Source of the DNA: an uncultured Gemmatimonadales bacterium
GTDB taxonomy: Bacteria > Gemmatimonadota > Gemmatimonadetes > Longimicrobiales > RSA9
Direction: 5' to 3'
Length of the DNA stretch: 64,000 bases
Assembly: GCA_963708135.1 (NCBI GenBank)
Contig: OY970192.1
Span: 2,368,001-2,432,000, forward strand
This document shows, in pieces, positions 1 to 13,050 of the stretch (position 1 is its first letter; the number at the start of each line of letters is the position of its first letter). Under the pieces are notes generated by a model that did no database searches, was not told the origin of the DNA, and saw nothing but the letters and a program-made list of their open reading frames with translations. A program made the translations under genes and the position numbers.

Positions 1-846
1 CTGCGCCTCGAGCAGCTTGCCCACGGCGCGCATCTCGAGCAGCCGGTCCTCGAGCTCGGCCCGGATCAGGTGCACCGCCCGCTCGACGGTCGAGCGCTGC
101 GTCACGAAGTGGGTCGCCGGGTAGATGGCCGCGCGCCGGAGCCGCGTGATCGCCTCGCCGGTGAGCGGATCGAAACGCGTGATGCGCTCGACCTCGTCGC
201 CGAACAGCTCGATGCGCACGGCCTGCTCCTCGTAGGCGGGGAACACCTCGATCGTGTCGCCGCGCACGCGGAAGGTGCCGCGCTGAAACTCGAAGTCGTT
301 GCGGTTGTACTGGATGCCGACCAGCCCCTGCAGGATCTCCCGCCGCCCGATGTGCTGCCCCACGTCCACCGTGAGCATCAGCTGCCGGTACTCGCGCGGA
401 TCCCCCAGGCCGTAGATGCAGGAGACCGACGCCACCACGATCACGTCCTCCCGTTCCATCAGCGAGGAGGTGGAGCGCAGCCGGAGCCGGTCGATGTCCT
501 CGTTGATCGAGGAGTCCTTCTCGATGTAGGTGTCCGTGGAGGGGACGTACGCTTCAGGCTGATAGTAGTCGTAGTACGAGACGAAGTACTCGACCGCGTT
601 CCTGGGAAAGAACTGCTTCAGCTCGCCGTACAGCTGCGCGGCCAGCGTCTTGTTGTGGCTCATCACCAGCGCCGGCTTGCCGTAGGCGGCGATCACCGAG
701 GCCATGGTGACGGTCTTGCCCGAGCCGGTGACGCCGAGCAGGGTCTGGCTGCGGTCGCCCCGCGCCACCCCCTCGGAGAGCTCCGCGATCGCCTGCGGCT
801 GGTCCCCCGCGAGCGCGAACGGGAGCTGAAGGTCGAAGGTGGACAT
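1..846 (-). CDS. uvrB: Excinuclease ABC subunit B (5' part; runs off window start)
   Basis: Hand translation from ATG at 846: [20 protein letters not shown]...[10 protein letters not shown]...[37 protein letters not shown]. Not listed in the ORF track. Confidence 0.97.
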   Translation of the reverse strand, partial: MSTFDLQLPFALAGDQPQAIAELSEGVARGDRSQTLLGVTGSGKTVTMASVIAAYGKPALVMSHNKTLAAQLYGELKQFFPRNAVEYFVSYYDYYQPEAYVPSTDTYIEKDSSINEDIDRLRLRSTSSLMEREDVIVVASVSCIYGLGDPREYRQLMLTVDVGQHIGRREILQGLVGIQYNRNDFEFQRGTFRVRGDTIEVFPAYEEQAVRIELFGDEVERITRFDPLTGEAITRLRRAAIYPATHFVTQRSTVERAVHLIRAELEDRLLEMRAVGKLLEAQ

Positions 847-851
847 GCGGT

Positions 852-881
852 AATCTACCCCGGAACGGCGGGAGGGGTCGA
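852..881 (-). promoter_or_regulatory. Putative sigma70-type promoter for a leaderless uvrB mRNA
   Basis: Minus strand TCGACC-N18-TAGATT-accgc-ATG; no Shine-Dalgarno. Confidence 0.45.
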
Positions 882-890
882 GGGGGAGAC

Positions 891-1000
891 GCAAGAGCAA
901 GAGCAAGCGCAAGAGCAAGAGCAAGCGCAAGAGCAAGAGCAAGAGCAAGAGCAAGAGCAAGCGCAAGGCGCAAGCGCAAGGCGCTAGAGCAAGCGCGAGA
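891..1000 (+). repeat. Tandem array of ~18 GCAAG(A/C/GC) 6-7 bp units (left arm)
   Basis: GCAAGA, GCAAGC and GCAAGGC units read directly; degenerate at the 3' end (GCTAGA, GCGAGA). Confidence 0.95.
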
Positions 1001-1309
1001 GTGGCGTGCTCTGCCATTCCGACGCCCCGGTGTTCGGGGCAGCGTTGGGGCGTCCAGCACGGGAGCGAACGAATGGAGCCGAAGAAGGTCGAGGCGTGTC
1101 GGGAGAACGAGAGGGCGGGACGCCGAGGGGCGCGATTCGATCACGAGCGCCTGGACGTGTTCCAGGTCTCACTCGATTTCGTGGTCCTGGCGCAGACGAT
1201 CGCGGGCGCCGCCGGGCGAGCCGCACCCGCGCTGGCCGACCAGCTGTCTTGCGCCGCTTTCTCGATTCCGCTCAACATTGCGGAAGGTTCCGGCGAATTC
1301 AGCCTGGGG

Positions 1310-2631
1310 CAGTACTGTCCGGTTAAGCTGAGATGATGATGCCGTAACGGATTGCTACGTGGTGCGTTACGACGTTTTGGTTGCCGCACCGATTTGAACT
1401 TCGCTGCTGCGCCGCTATCCTGCCCGGACCCCCCGGCCGGAGTGGCGCATGAATCCCGGAAGCACGGTTTTCTCACAGGTGATGGCCCACGCATCTCGCT
1501 TCGCGCTCGATCGGTGCATCCGCCGCTACCACGGCAACCGGAGGGTCCGACGTTTCTCGTGTCGGGACCAGTTCCTCGCCATGGCCTTTGCCCAGCTCAC
1601 CTACCGGGAGAGCCTGCGGGACCTCGAGGCCACCCTCGGGGCGGCCCCCGAGAAGCTGTACCATCTTGGCTTCCGTTCGCCGCTCTCTCGCAGCACGCTC
1701 GCCGATGCGAACGAGAATCGCGACTGGCGCATCTACGCCGATTTCGCTCAACGCCTGATCGCAGACGCGCGTCGGCTCTACGCCGACGACACGTTGGGGA
1801 TCGAGCTCACGAACACCGTCTACGCGCTGGATTCCACCACGATCGACCTGTGTTTGTCGCTGTTCCCCTGGGCCTCGTTTCGTACGAGCAAAGGCGGCGT
1901 GAAGCTGCATACACTGCTCGACTTGGCAGGCAGGATCCCCGCCTACGCCTGGATCACGGACGCGAGCACCCACGATGTGCGCATCCTCAATGCGCTCATC
2001 CCGGAGCCCGGATCGATCTACGTCCTGGACCGCGGCTACGTCAACTTCGCCCGCCTCTACCGACTCGATCAGCACCGGGCCACCTTCGTCGTTCGCGCCA
2101 AGGCAAACCTCAAGTTCAACCGGCTCTCCTCAGGACCCGTCGATCGCACCACCGGCGTCTTCTGTGATCAGATCATCCGCCTTGCGCTGCCCCCGTCTGC
2201 CAGGGCCTATCCCGACCGGCTTCGCCGCGTGCGTTTCAAGGACGCAGGGTCCGGGCAGGACCTCGTCCTTCTGACCAACAACGTCGCGCTGCCCGCCGTT
2301 ACCGTGGCCGAGCTCTACCGCCTGCGGTGGCAGATCGAGCTCTTCTTCAAATGGATCAAGCAGCACCTCAGGATCAAGCGCTTCTTCGGCACGAGCGCGA
2401 ACGCTGTGCGCACGCAGATCTGGATCGCGATCAGCGTTTACGTCCTCGTCGCGATCGTCCGCAAGCGGCTCCGGATCGAGCGCGAACTCTACACAATTCT
2501 ACAGATCCTGAGCGTCTATGCGTTCGAGAAAGCCCCTCTCGCACAAGTACTTACGCGTTCGGCCTACACCCCCGAAGTCCCCTCCGATCGTAACCAGTTG
2601 TCGCTCTTCAACTTATAACCGGACACTACTG
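1310..2631 (+). mobile_element. IS4-family insertion sequence, 1322 bp
   Basis: Terminal IRs CAGTACTGTCCGGTTA / CAGTAGTGTCCGGTTA (1 mismatch); 9-bp target duplication AGCCTGGGG at 1301-1309 and 2632-2640. Confidence 0.95.
1449..2618 (+). CDS. IS4-family DDE transposase (DUF4372-type N-terminus)
   Basis: 389 aa; ALDSTTI, VLDRGY and YRLRWQIELFFKWIKQ (YREK-type) motifs. Confidence 0.95.
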   Translation: MNPGSTVFSQVMAHASRFALDRCIRRYHGNRRVRRFSCRDQFLAMAFAQLTYRESLRDLEATLGAAPEKLYHLGFRSPLSRSTLADANENRDWRIYADFAQRLIADARRLYADDTLGIELTNTVYALDSTTIDLCLSLFPWASFRTSKGGVKLHTLLDLAGRIPAYAWITDASTHDVRILNALIPEPGSIYVLDRGYVNFARLYRLDQHRATFVVRAKANLKFNRLSSGPVDRTTGVFCDQIIRLALPPSARAYPDRLRRVRFKDAGSGQDLVLLTNNVALPAVTVAELYRLRWQIELFFKWIKQHLRIKRFFGTSANAVRTQIWIAISVYVLVAIVRKRLRIERELYTILQILSVYAFEKAPLAQVLTRSAYTPEVPSDRNQLSLFNL

Positions 2632-2856
2632 AGCCTGGGGGAGAAACGGCGGTTCTACAGGATCGCCCGAAGGTCGGCTACCGAGTGCGCGGCGATCCTG
2701 TCCGTCGCGGAGCGCCTCGAGCTCGGCCAGTCAGCTGCGCGCGACCGCGGCCGTGAGCTCCTCGGTAGGATCGTGCCGATGCTGACCCGCCTGTGCGCCG
2801 CTCACCCACGCACCCACACCGCCCCCGAGCCCCCCGCCTGACCCCCACCCCCCGGC

Positions 2857-2904
2857 GCGCTTGCGCCTTGCGCTTGCCTCTTGCGCTTGCCTCTTGCGCC
2901 CTGC
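2857..2904 (-). repeat. Tandem array of ~7 CTTGC-core units (right arm, reverse complement of 891-1000)
   Basis: GCTTGC, GCCTTGC and CTCTTGC units; 2857-2877 is the exact reverse complement of 957-977. Confidence 0.9.
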
Positions 2905-2913
2905 GCCCTCCGT

Positions 2914-4047
2914 TCACCTCACCAGCCCCTGCCTCTCCATCTCCGCGAAGCTCGCCTCGACCCGGTCCTCGGCGGCCTGCCCGGCGGACCAGGCGAGCAG
3001 CTCGTCCAGGCCCTCGTCGAAGCTCAGGCGCGCCCGGAAGCCGAGGAGCTCCTCGGCGCATCGGGGGTCGCCGATGCAGTGGCGGATGTCGCCGGCGCGG
3101 TAGCGGCCGACCAGGCGGGGGGCGACGTCCACGCCGAGGCGCGAGGCGAGGCGCTCGGCGACCTCCGCGATCGTGACCGGGCGGCCCGTGCACACGTTGC
3201 AGACGCCGCTGCGGGCGGGCGGCGCCTCGAGGGCCGCGAGAACAGAGTCCGCGACGTCGTGCACGTGGATGAAGTCGCGGCTCTGGCGGCCGTCCTCGAA
3301 GACGAGCGGAGGATTGCCGTTCTTCAGCCGCCCCATGAAGATCGCGGCGACGCCGGTGTAGGGGTTCGAGAGCGCCTGGCGCGAGCCGAACACGTTGAAG
3401 AAGCGGAGCGCCAGGGTGGGAATCCGGTACGCCCCGCCGAAGCAGAGGGCGAGCTCCTCCTGCGTCTTCTTCGTGATGGCGTAGATGCTGGTGGCCTGGA
3501 GCGGCTTCTTCTCGGGCGTGGGGAGGGGCGCGAGCGCCTCGCCGCACGCCGGGCAGCGCACGTTCCAGCTGCCACCGGCGAGCTGTGCCTCGGGACGTGG
3601 CAATGGGGCGACGACACCGTGGTTCGGGCAGCGGCCGGCGCCTTCGCCATAGATGCTCATCGAGCTCGCGACGACGAAGCGGCGCCAGCGCGCGGGCTCG
3701 CGCGCCATCTCCTCCATGAGCATGCCCTGCCCGGCCACGTTGACGTCGGCATAGTAGTGGGGCTCGTACATCGACTGCCCGACCCCCACAGCGGCGGCGA
3801 GGTGGCAGACGGCGTCGGCCTCGCGCAGGGCATCCGCCACGGCGGTGCGGTCGCGCACGTCGCCGTGGACGAAGCGGATGCGGCCGGCGTCGAGGTGCGC
3901 CCGGAGGTGGACGGGCGAGGTCGCCTCGGGGCCGTGGACCTGGGGATCGAGGTTGTCGAGGACGGTGGGTTCGTGGCCGGCCTCGAGGAGGCGGTCCACG
4001 ACGTGGGAACCAATGAAGCCGGCGCCTCCGGTGACCAGCACACGCAT
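2914..4047 (-). CDS. NAD-dependent epimerase/dehydratase (extended SDR)
   Basis: GGAGFIGS, YAITK, RFFNVFG and SRDFIHV motifs; CxxH/CxxC insertion. Confidence 0.92.
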   Translation of the reverse strand: MRVLVTGGAGFIGSHVVDRLLEAGHEPTVLDNLDPQVHGPEATSPVHLRAHLDAGRIRFVHGDVRDRTAVADALREADAVCHLAAAVGVGQSMYEPHYYADVNVAGQGMLMEEMAREPARWRRFVVASSMSIYGEGAGRCPNHGVVAPLPRPEAQLAGGSWNVRCPACGEALAPLPTPEKKPLQATSIYAITKKTQEELALCFGGAYRIPTLALRFFNVFGSRQALSNPYTGVAAIFMGRLKNGNPPLVFEDGRQSRDFIHVHDVADSVLAALEAPPARSGVCNVCTGRPVTIAEVAERLASRLGVDVAPRLVGRYRAGDIRHCIGDPRCAEELLGFRARLSFDEGLDELLAWSAGQAAEDRVEASFAEMERQGLVR

Positions 4048-4093
4048 GCGTCGCTCCGTCGCAACGGGTGGGCGAGTGAACGGGGCGCCGGGA

Positions 4094-6295
4094 TCAGCGC
4101 TCCAGGTCGGACTCTCCGAAGCTTTCCTTGCGCTCGACGGACAGCACGCCGTTGATGCGCCGGATGGCCTTGATGACCTTCTTCAGGTGCGCGAGGTTCT
4201 GCACCTCGACGGCGAAGTTGCCGCGCATGCCGCCCTCGACGGCATGGATCTCGGCCGAGCGGATGTTCGTGCCCGTGCCGGTGATGGCGGAGGCGATGTC
4301 GGAGAGCAGGCCGCGCCGATCATTGCCCTCGACGACGAGGCGCACGAAGAAGCGGTCGCCGGACTCCGCCTGCCACTCGATCTCAATGCGCCGCTCGGGG
4401 TGCTCGCCCAGGTTGAGCACGTTCGGACAGTCCACGCGGTGGACGGAAATGCCGCGGCCGCGCGTGATGTAGCCGATCACGTCATCGCCCGGCACCGGCT
4501 GGCAGCACTGTGAGTAGCGGACCATCATGTTGTCCAGGCCCTGGATGCGCACGCCGCGACCGGAGCCGCGCACGCGGTCCACGAGGCGCTCGAACGCGGA
4601 GGCCGGCCGCGTCTGCGTCGGGTCCTCGCCCGGGTACAGCTCGCGCAGGATGGCCGCGGGGCCGAGCTCCCCGCGGCCCAGGGCGGCATAGACGTAGTCG
4701 AAGTCGGGCAGGTTCAGCGCGCGGGCGGTGCGCGTCATCGCCTCCTCGTCGGGCCGCTCCTTGCGCAGCTTCCTGAGCTCGCGCTCGAGCAGCTCGCGGC
4801 CGAGCTGGACGGAGGAGTCGAACTCCTCCTGCTTGATCCACTGGCGGATCTTCTGCCGCGCCCGCGCCGTCTTGACGAAGGCCAGCCAGTCCCGGGAGGG
4901 GCGCTGGCGGGCGTCGGTGAGCACCTCGACGGTGTCGCCGTTCTTGAGCTCCCTGGAGAGTGGCACGAGGCGCCCGTTCACCCGCGCGCCCGAGCAGTGG
5001 AGGCCGACCTCCGTGTGCACGGCGAAGGCGAAATCGATGGGCGTCGCGCCGCGCGGCAGCTGCTTCACGTCGCCCTTGGGCGTGAAGACGAAGATCTCGT
5101 CCTGGAAGAGGTCAATGCGGAGGAACTCCATGAACTCCTCCGGCTCGCGCGTCTCCTGCTGCCACTCGAGCACCTGACGGAACCAGGTGAGCGTCTCGTC
5201 CACCTCGTCCGACGGCCGGCTCTCCCCCTCCTTGTAGCGCCAGTGCGCCGCGATCCCGTGGTCCGCCGTCCGGTGCATCTCGAGCGTCCGGATCTGGATC
5301 TCGTACAGCCGCCCGCCCGGCCCGAAGATGGTCGTGTGCAGCGAGCGGTACATGTTCGACTTGGGCGTGGCGATGTAGTCGTGGAACCGCTCCTGCAGCG
5401 GCGTCCACTTGTTGTGGATCACGCCCAGCGCGTGGTAGCAGTTGGCGATCGTGTCGGTGACCACGCGGATCGCCATGAGGTCGTAGATCTCCTCGTACGG
5501 ACGGCCCCGCTTGACCATCTTGCGGTGGATCGACCAGAGGTGCTTCGGCCGGCCGTACACCTCGCACGGGATCCCCGCCTGCTTCAGCTCATCCTCGAGC
5601 GGACGGCGCAGCTCCTCGACCTGGTCCTCGCGCTCGCGCCGCCGCTCCGCGATCTTCGCCGCGAGATGACGGTATGGCTCCGGCTCCAGGTGCTTGAACG
5701 CCAGGTCCTCCAGCTCCCACCGGATCTGCGCCATCCCCAGCCGGTGCGCCAGCGGGGCGTAGATCTCGCGCGTCTCCAGCGCGATCCGCCGCCGCTTGTC
5801 GGGCCGCAGGTGCTCAAGGGTGCGCATGTTGTGCAGCCGGTCCGCCAGCTTGATGAGGATGACGCGCGCGTCGTGCGCCATCGACAGCAGCAGCTTGCGG
5901 TAGTTCTCCACCTGCTGCTCGGTGGTGGAGCGGAACTGGACCTTGCCGATCTTCGTGACACCATCGACGATTCGGCCGATCCCCTCCCCGAACTCCGCCT
6001 CCAGCTCGTCGAGCGTGATCAGCGTGTCCTCGACCACGTCGTGCATGAGCCCCGCGGCGATCGAGGCGGAGTCCAGACGCAGGTCGGCCAGGATCTTGGC
6101 CACCTCGACGCAGTGCACGATGTACTCCTCGCCCGACGCGCGCTTCTGTCCGCTGTGCGCCCGCTCGCTCGCCGCGTAGGCACGCGCGATCAGCTCGACG
6201 TCCAACCGGTCGGCGTAGGGCTCGATCGAGTCCCTGAGCCGCTCCGGCAGGCCGTCGAGGGCCGTGCTGCGGGCATCACGCGCGGCGGTGGCCAT
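4094..6295 (-). CDS. spoT: Bifunctional (p)ppGpp synthetase/hydrolase, RelA/SpoT family
   Basis: HD domain (LMHDVVEDT, KLADRLHNMRTL), synthetase (GRPKHLWSI, YRSLHTT, EIQIRT), TGS and ACT domains; start taken at MATAARD. Confidence 0.95.
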   Translation of the reverse strand: MATAARDARSTALDGLPERLRDSIEPYADRLDVELIARAYAASERAHSGQKRASGEEYIVHCVEVAKILADLRLDSASIAAGLMHDVVEDTLITLDELEAEFGEGIGRIVDGVTKIGKVQFRSTTEQQVENYRKLLLSMAHDARVILIKLADRLHNMRTLEHLRPDKRRRIALETREIYAPLAHRLGMAQIRWELEDLAFKHLEPEPYRHLAAKIAERRREREDQVEELRRPLEDELKQAGIPCEVYGRPKHLWSIHRKMVKRGRPYEEIYDLMAIRVVTDTIANCYHALGVIHNKWTPLQERFHDYIATPKSNMYRSLHTTIFGPGGRLYEIQIRTLEMHRTADHGIAAHWRYKEGESRPSDEVDETLTWFRQVLEWQQETREPEEFMEFLRIDLFQDEIFVFTPKGDVKQLPRGATPIDFAFAVHTEVGLHCSGARVNGRLVPLSRELKNGDTVEVLTDARQRPSRDWLAFVKTARARQKIRQWIKQEEFDSSVQLGRELLERELRKLRKERPDEEAMTRTARALNLPDFDYVYAALGRGELGPAAILRELYPGEDPTQTRPASAFERLVDRVRGSGRGVRIQGLDNMMVRYSQCCQPVPGDDVIGYITRGRGISVHRVDCPNVLNLGEHPERRIEIEWQAESGDRFFVRLVVEGNDRRGLLSDIASAITGTGTNIRSAEIHAVEGGMRGNFAVEVQNLAHLKKVIKAIRRINGVLSVERKESFGESDLER

Positions 6296-6300
6296 CGTGC

Positions 6301-6996
6301 TCACACCGGTGGAAGGAGTCCTGCCTGCACGAACGAAACGTAACGGGCGTCGCCGATGATGACGTGGTCCACCACGGGAATGCCCAGGAGGCGTCCCGCC
6401 TCCTCCAGCTGCCGGGTCACCGCCCGGTCCTCGGGCGAGGGGGCCGGGTCGCCCGACGGATGATTGTGGACCAGCAAGACGCCGGCCGCGCTCTCCTGCA
6501 CGGCGAGCTTGAAGACCTCCCGCGGGTGCACCGGCGAGGTGTCCAGGGTGCCGCGCGTGACGAGGGCCTCGCGCGTGACGGCGTGCCGCGTGTCGAGCAG
6601 CAGCACCCGGAACTCCTCGTGCGCCAGGTCCCGCATCGCGGGGGCACAGCGCTCGTACACGTCCTCCGGCCCCCGGATCCGGTTCCGCTCGACGGCGCCC
6701 TCGCGTGCGAGCCGCCGCCCGAGCTCGAGCGCCGCGGACACACGGGCCGCCACGGCGGGGCCGACCCCCGCCACCCGGCGCAGCTGCGCGGCCGGCGATG
6801 AGGCCAGGCGCCGCAGCGAGCCGTCCACGTCCCGCAGCAGCTCGGCGGCCACGTCCACCGCCGAGTGCCCTTCCGTGCCGCTGCCGATCAGGATCGCCAG
6901 CAGCTCGCGCGTGGAGAGCGCGGGAGCGCCGTACCCCTCCAGCCGCTCCCGCGGTCGCTCGGTGGCGCACCAGTCCTTGATCGGGTACGTCGGCAT
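6301..6996 (-). CDS. radC: RadC-family JAB/MPN protein
   Basis: ERPRERL, VHPREVF, HNHPSGDPAPSPED and DHVII motifs. Confidence 0.95.
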   Translation of the reverse strand: MPTYPIKDWCATERPRERLEGYGAPALSTRELLAILIGSGTEGHSAVDVAAELLRDVDGSLRRLASSPAAQLRRVAGVGPAVAARVSAALELGRRLAREGAVERNRIRGPEDVYERCAPAMRDLAHEEFRVLLLDTRHAVTREALVTRGTLDTSPVHPREVFKLAVQESAAGVLLVHNHPSGDPAPSPEDRAVTRQLEEAGRLLGIPVVDHVIIGDARYVSFVQAGLLPPV

Positions 6997-7033
6997 GCGG
7001 CCGGCCGCGGCTGGAGGATGAGGGACGGGAGCG

Positions 7034-10375
<3,342 letters not shown>

Positions 10376-10416
10376 CTAGACGTGTCTCAGTCGAGTGAGA
10401 ATTCTATCCGTTGCTG

Positions 10417-11007
10417 CTACACCCCACGGGACGCCCCGATCCGGTAGAGCCCCTCCCGGGCGATGATCCGCTCCACCGCTGCCGGAACCAGATAATGCAC
10501 CGGCTGCGCCTCCGCCACGCGCCGGCGGATCTCGGTGGCGGAGATGTCGATGCGCGTCACGGGCAGCTCGGTACACGCCACCGGCAGCCGCGTCTCGGGC
10601 GCCTCGCCCGCGCGCGAGAAGACGACCAGCCTGGCCAGCCGGGCCAGCTCCTCCGGCGAGCGCCAGGCGTGCAGCTCGCGCACCTGGTCGGCGCCCAGCA
10701 GCAGAAACAGCTCCGCGCCGGGCGAGCCGTCCCGCAGCGCCCGCAGCGTGTCCACGGTGAACGACGGCCCCGGTCGGTCCAGCTCGAGAGTGCTCACCGC
10801 GAAGGCCGGGTTGTCCTCCACGGCCGCGCGCAGCATCTCCAGCCGCAGCGGCGCGGGCGTGAGTTGGCTCTCCCGCTTGTGCGGCGGGATGTGGGCCGGA
10901 ACGAAAAGGACGCGGTCGAGCGCGAGCGCCAGACACGCGTCCTGCGCCACGATGAGGTGGCCGAGATGCGGGGGATCGAAGGTGCCCCCGAAGACGGCGA
11001 GCCTCAC
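10417..11007 (-). CDS. nadD: Nicotinate-nucleotide adenylyltransferase
   Basis: GGTFDPPHLGH, PPHK and ISATEIR motifs. Confidence 0.95.
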   Translation of the reverse strand: MRLAVFGGTFDPPHLGHLIVAQDACLALALDRVLFVPAHIPPHKRESQLTPAPLRLEMLRAAVEDNPAFAVSTLELDRPGPSFTVDTLRALRDGSPGAELFLLLGADQVRELHAWRSPEELARLARLVVFSRAGEAPETRLPVACTELPVTRIDISATEIRRRVAEAQPVHYLVPAAVERIIAREGLYRIGASRGV

Positions 11008-11747
11008 GGCGACCTGGCCGGGGCCTCGGCGATCTGCTTCGCCGACGGGCTGTCCGGGTACTCCTTGAGGAGCCGCTCCCTGGCCGCCTGGGCGTCCTCG
11101 GTGTAGCCGAGCTCCTGGTAGGTCTCGACCATGTGCAGGAGCGCCTCGGGCGCCGTGGGCGTCGTGGGATACTCCTTGAGCACGTCCTCGTAGTAGATCA
11201 GCGCCGAGTCGTACGCGTGGCGCTTGAAGTAGAAGTTGCCGCCGAGTATCACCTTCTGCGCGAGCTTGTTGGTGAGCGTGGCGATGACGTTCTTGGCGCT
11301 ATCCGCGAACTCGCTGGTCGGGTAGTAGAGAATCAGCGACTGGCAGTGCTCGATGGCGGAGCGGGTGTACTCCTGGTCGAGGGCGATGTCGGGCGAGAGC
11401 CGGTCGTAGGCGCGACAGACGCCGAAGCGCGCGTCATCGGCGTACGGGCCGGCCGGGAAGTCGTCCGCGAGGCGCGAGAACTCCGCGGCAGCGGTGACGT
11501 ACTCCTTCTTGCCCACGTAGGCCTGTGCCAGGTCGAAGCGCGCCTCCTGGATCCGCGGCGCCGTGGGATACTGCAGGGCGAGCCGCTCGAAGGCGTCGAT
11601 CGCGCTCTGCCAGTGATGGGCCTGGTACTCCTTGAGCCCGCGGGCGAAGAGCGCATCGGGCGAGAGCGACTCCAGCTTCGGGCCGCCCGCGCAGCCGAGC
11701 GCGAAGCCGAGCAGCAACCCGGCCGGTACTGTCAGTCTCAGACGCAT
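11004..11747 (-). CDS. bamD: Outer membrane protein assembly factor BamD (lipoprotein)
   Basis: Lipobox FALGC, TPR-like helices, LDQEYTRSAI and YYEDVLKEYP segments. Confidence 0.85.
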   Translation of the reverse strand: MRLRLTVPAGLLLGFALGCAGGPKLESLSPDALFARGLKEYQAHHWQSAIDAFERLALQYPTAPRIQEARFDLAQAYVGKKEYVTAAAEFSRLADDFPAGPYADDARFGVCRAYDRLSPDIALDQEYTRSAIEHCQSLILYYPTSEFADSAKNVIATLTNKLAQKVILGGNFYFKRHAYDSALIYYEDVLKEYPTTPTAPEALLHMVETYQELGYTEDAQAARERLLKEYPDSPSAKQIAEAPARSP

Positions 11748-11888
11748 TCCGCCTCGAAATCGTGATCCGGTCCCCACATCCACCCCTCCTTACACGCGGG
11801 CGGGCCCGAGCGTTTCAAAGATCGTGCGCCGGTGGGGCCCACGCCATGGCCGGATGGGACGGCCGGGGCGCCCGGTCCGCGCGCGGAA

Positions 11889-13007
11889 TCAGTCCTTGTA
11901 GAAAGCCTCGATCGCGGACGCGACCTCCTCGAGCTGCGCCTCCGTCAGCTCCGGGTAAACCGGCAGGCTGATCGCCTCGCCGGCCGCGGCCTCCGCCACG
12001 GGGAGGTCGCCGGGGCGATACCCGAGCGCCGCGAAGCAGGGCTGGAGGTGAAGCGGGACCGGGTAGTAGATGGCGCAGCCGATACCGCTCGCCTCGAGAT
12101 GGGCCTTCAGGCCGTCCCTGTCCCGGGCGCGCAGGGTGTACTGGTTGTATACGTGGTGCGCGTCCTCGTCGGCCGCGGGAGTCGTCACCGCGTCGAGCGC
12201 GCGGAAGCGGGCGTCGTACCAGGCGGCGTTCCGGCGGCGGGCGCCGGCCCAGGCGTCGAGGTGAGGCAGCTTGCGCTCGAGCACGGCCGCCTGGAGCGCG
12301 TCCAGGCGCGAGTTCGTTCCCACGATGTCGTGGTGGTAGAGCCGGGAAGCTCCGTGGCCGCGGAGCAGGCGGACGCGCTCGGCGAGCGCGTCCGCCATGG
12401 CGGTCACGAGCCCACCGTCGCCGAAGGCGCCGAGGTTCTTGCTGGGGAAGAAGGAGAAGGCGCCGAGGTCGCCGAGGGTGCCGGCCTCCCGCCATTCTCC
12501 GCCCACACGACGGCGCGCGCCGATGGCCTGTGCCGCGTCCTCCACGATGGCCAGCCCGTGACGTTCCGCAAGCTCGAGGAGCGGCCCCATCGGCGCCATC
12601 TGCCCGAAGAGATGAACGGCCACGATGGCGCGGGTCCTGTCCGTCAGGTGGGGCTCGACCTCCGCCCCGCCCATGTTGAAGGTGCGCGCGTCGATGTCCG
12701 CGAACACCGGCCGGGCGCCCGCGTTCCAGACGGCGCCGGCGGTGGCGAAGAAGGTGAATGCGGGCACGATGACCTCGTCGCCCGGGGCGAGCTCGAGCGC
12801 GCGCAGCGAGAGCCAGAGGGCGTCGGTGCCGCTGGCGCAGGCCACCACGTGGCGGGCGCCGAGCGCCTCCCGCACCGCGGCCTCGAGGGCCTCCACGTGG
12901 GGGCCGAGGATGAAGCGCTGGGAATCGAGGACCTCCGCCACCGCGGGCTCGATCTCTCCCCTCACCGCCGCCCACTGGGCGCGCAGGTCCAGCAACGGAA
13001 CGCTCAC
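11889..13007 (-). CDS. DegT/DnrJ/EryC1/StrS PLP-dependent sugar aminotransferase
   Basis: EDAAQAIGA, SFFPSKNLGAFGDGG and NSRLDALQAA motifs. Confidence 0.95.
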   Translation of the reverse strand: MSVPLLDLRAQWAAVRGEIEPAVAEVLDSQRFILGPHVEALEAAVREALGARHVVACASGTDALWLSLRALELAPGDEVIVPAFTFFATAGAVWNAGARPVFADIDARTFNMGGAEVEPHLTDRTRAIVAVHLFGQMAPMGPLLELAERHGLAIVEDAAQAIGARRRVGGEWREAGTLGDLGAFSFFPSKNLGAFGDGGLVTAMADALAERVRLLRGHGASRLYHHDIVGTNSRLDALQAAVLERKLPHLDAWAGARRRNAAWYDARFRALDAVTTPAADEDAHHVYNQYTLRARDRDGLKAHLEASGIGCAIYYPVPLHLQPCFAALGYRPGDLPVAEAAAGEAISLPVYPELTEAQLEEVASAIEAFYKD

Positions 13008-13050
13008 GGCTGCACCACCCTTCCCGCTCGCGGCCCGGGGCCGCGCACCG

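Larger units (their letters stand above)
1073..2841 (+). pseudogene. Four-helix-bundle protein (23S rRNA IVS protein / Avd-like family) interrupted by an IS4 element
   Basis: Joining 1073-1309 to 2641-2841 restores one 145-aa frame: ...[10 protein letters not shown]...DQLSCAAFSIPLNIAEGSGEFSLG|EKRRFYRIARRSATECAAIL...; GGGAG SD upstream of ATG 1073. Confidence 0.88.

Noticed and set aside
891..1000. Repeat array as a CRISPR
   Set aside because: Units are contiguous 6-7 bp repeats with no spacers, and there are no cas genes.
70..1144. ORFs 70..987 (+, QEQEQA tail) and 554..1144 (-, LALALA run)
   Set aside because: These are shadow frames of uvrB that read through the hexamer repeat; the low-complexity peptides are just translations of the array.
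1073..2841. Diversity-generating retroelement suggested by the Avd-like fold
   Set aside because: No reverse transcriptase is in the window and no TR/VR pair differing at adenines was seen.
6301..6996. radC as a marker of a mobile or anti-defence island
   Set aside because: It is the full-length chromosomal form with the N-terminal HhH region, in housekeeping context between secA and spoT.
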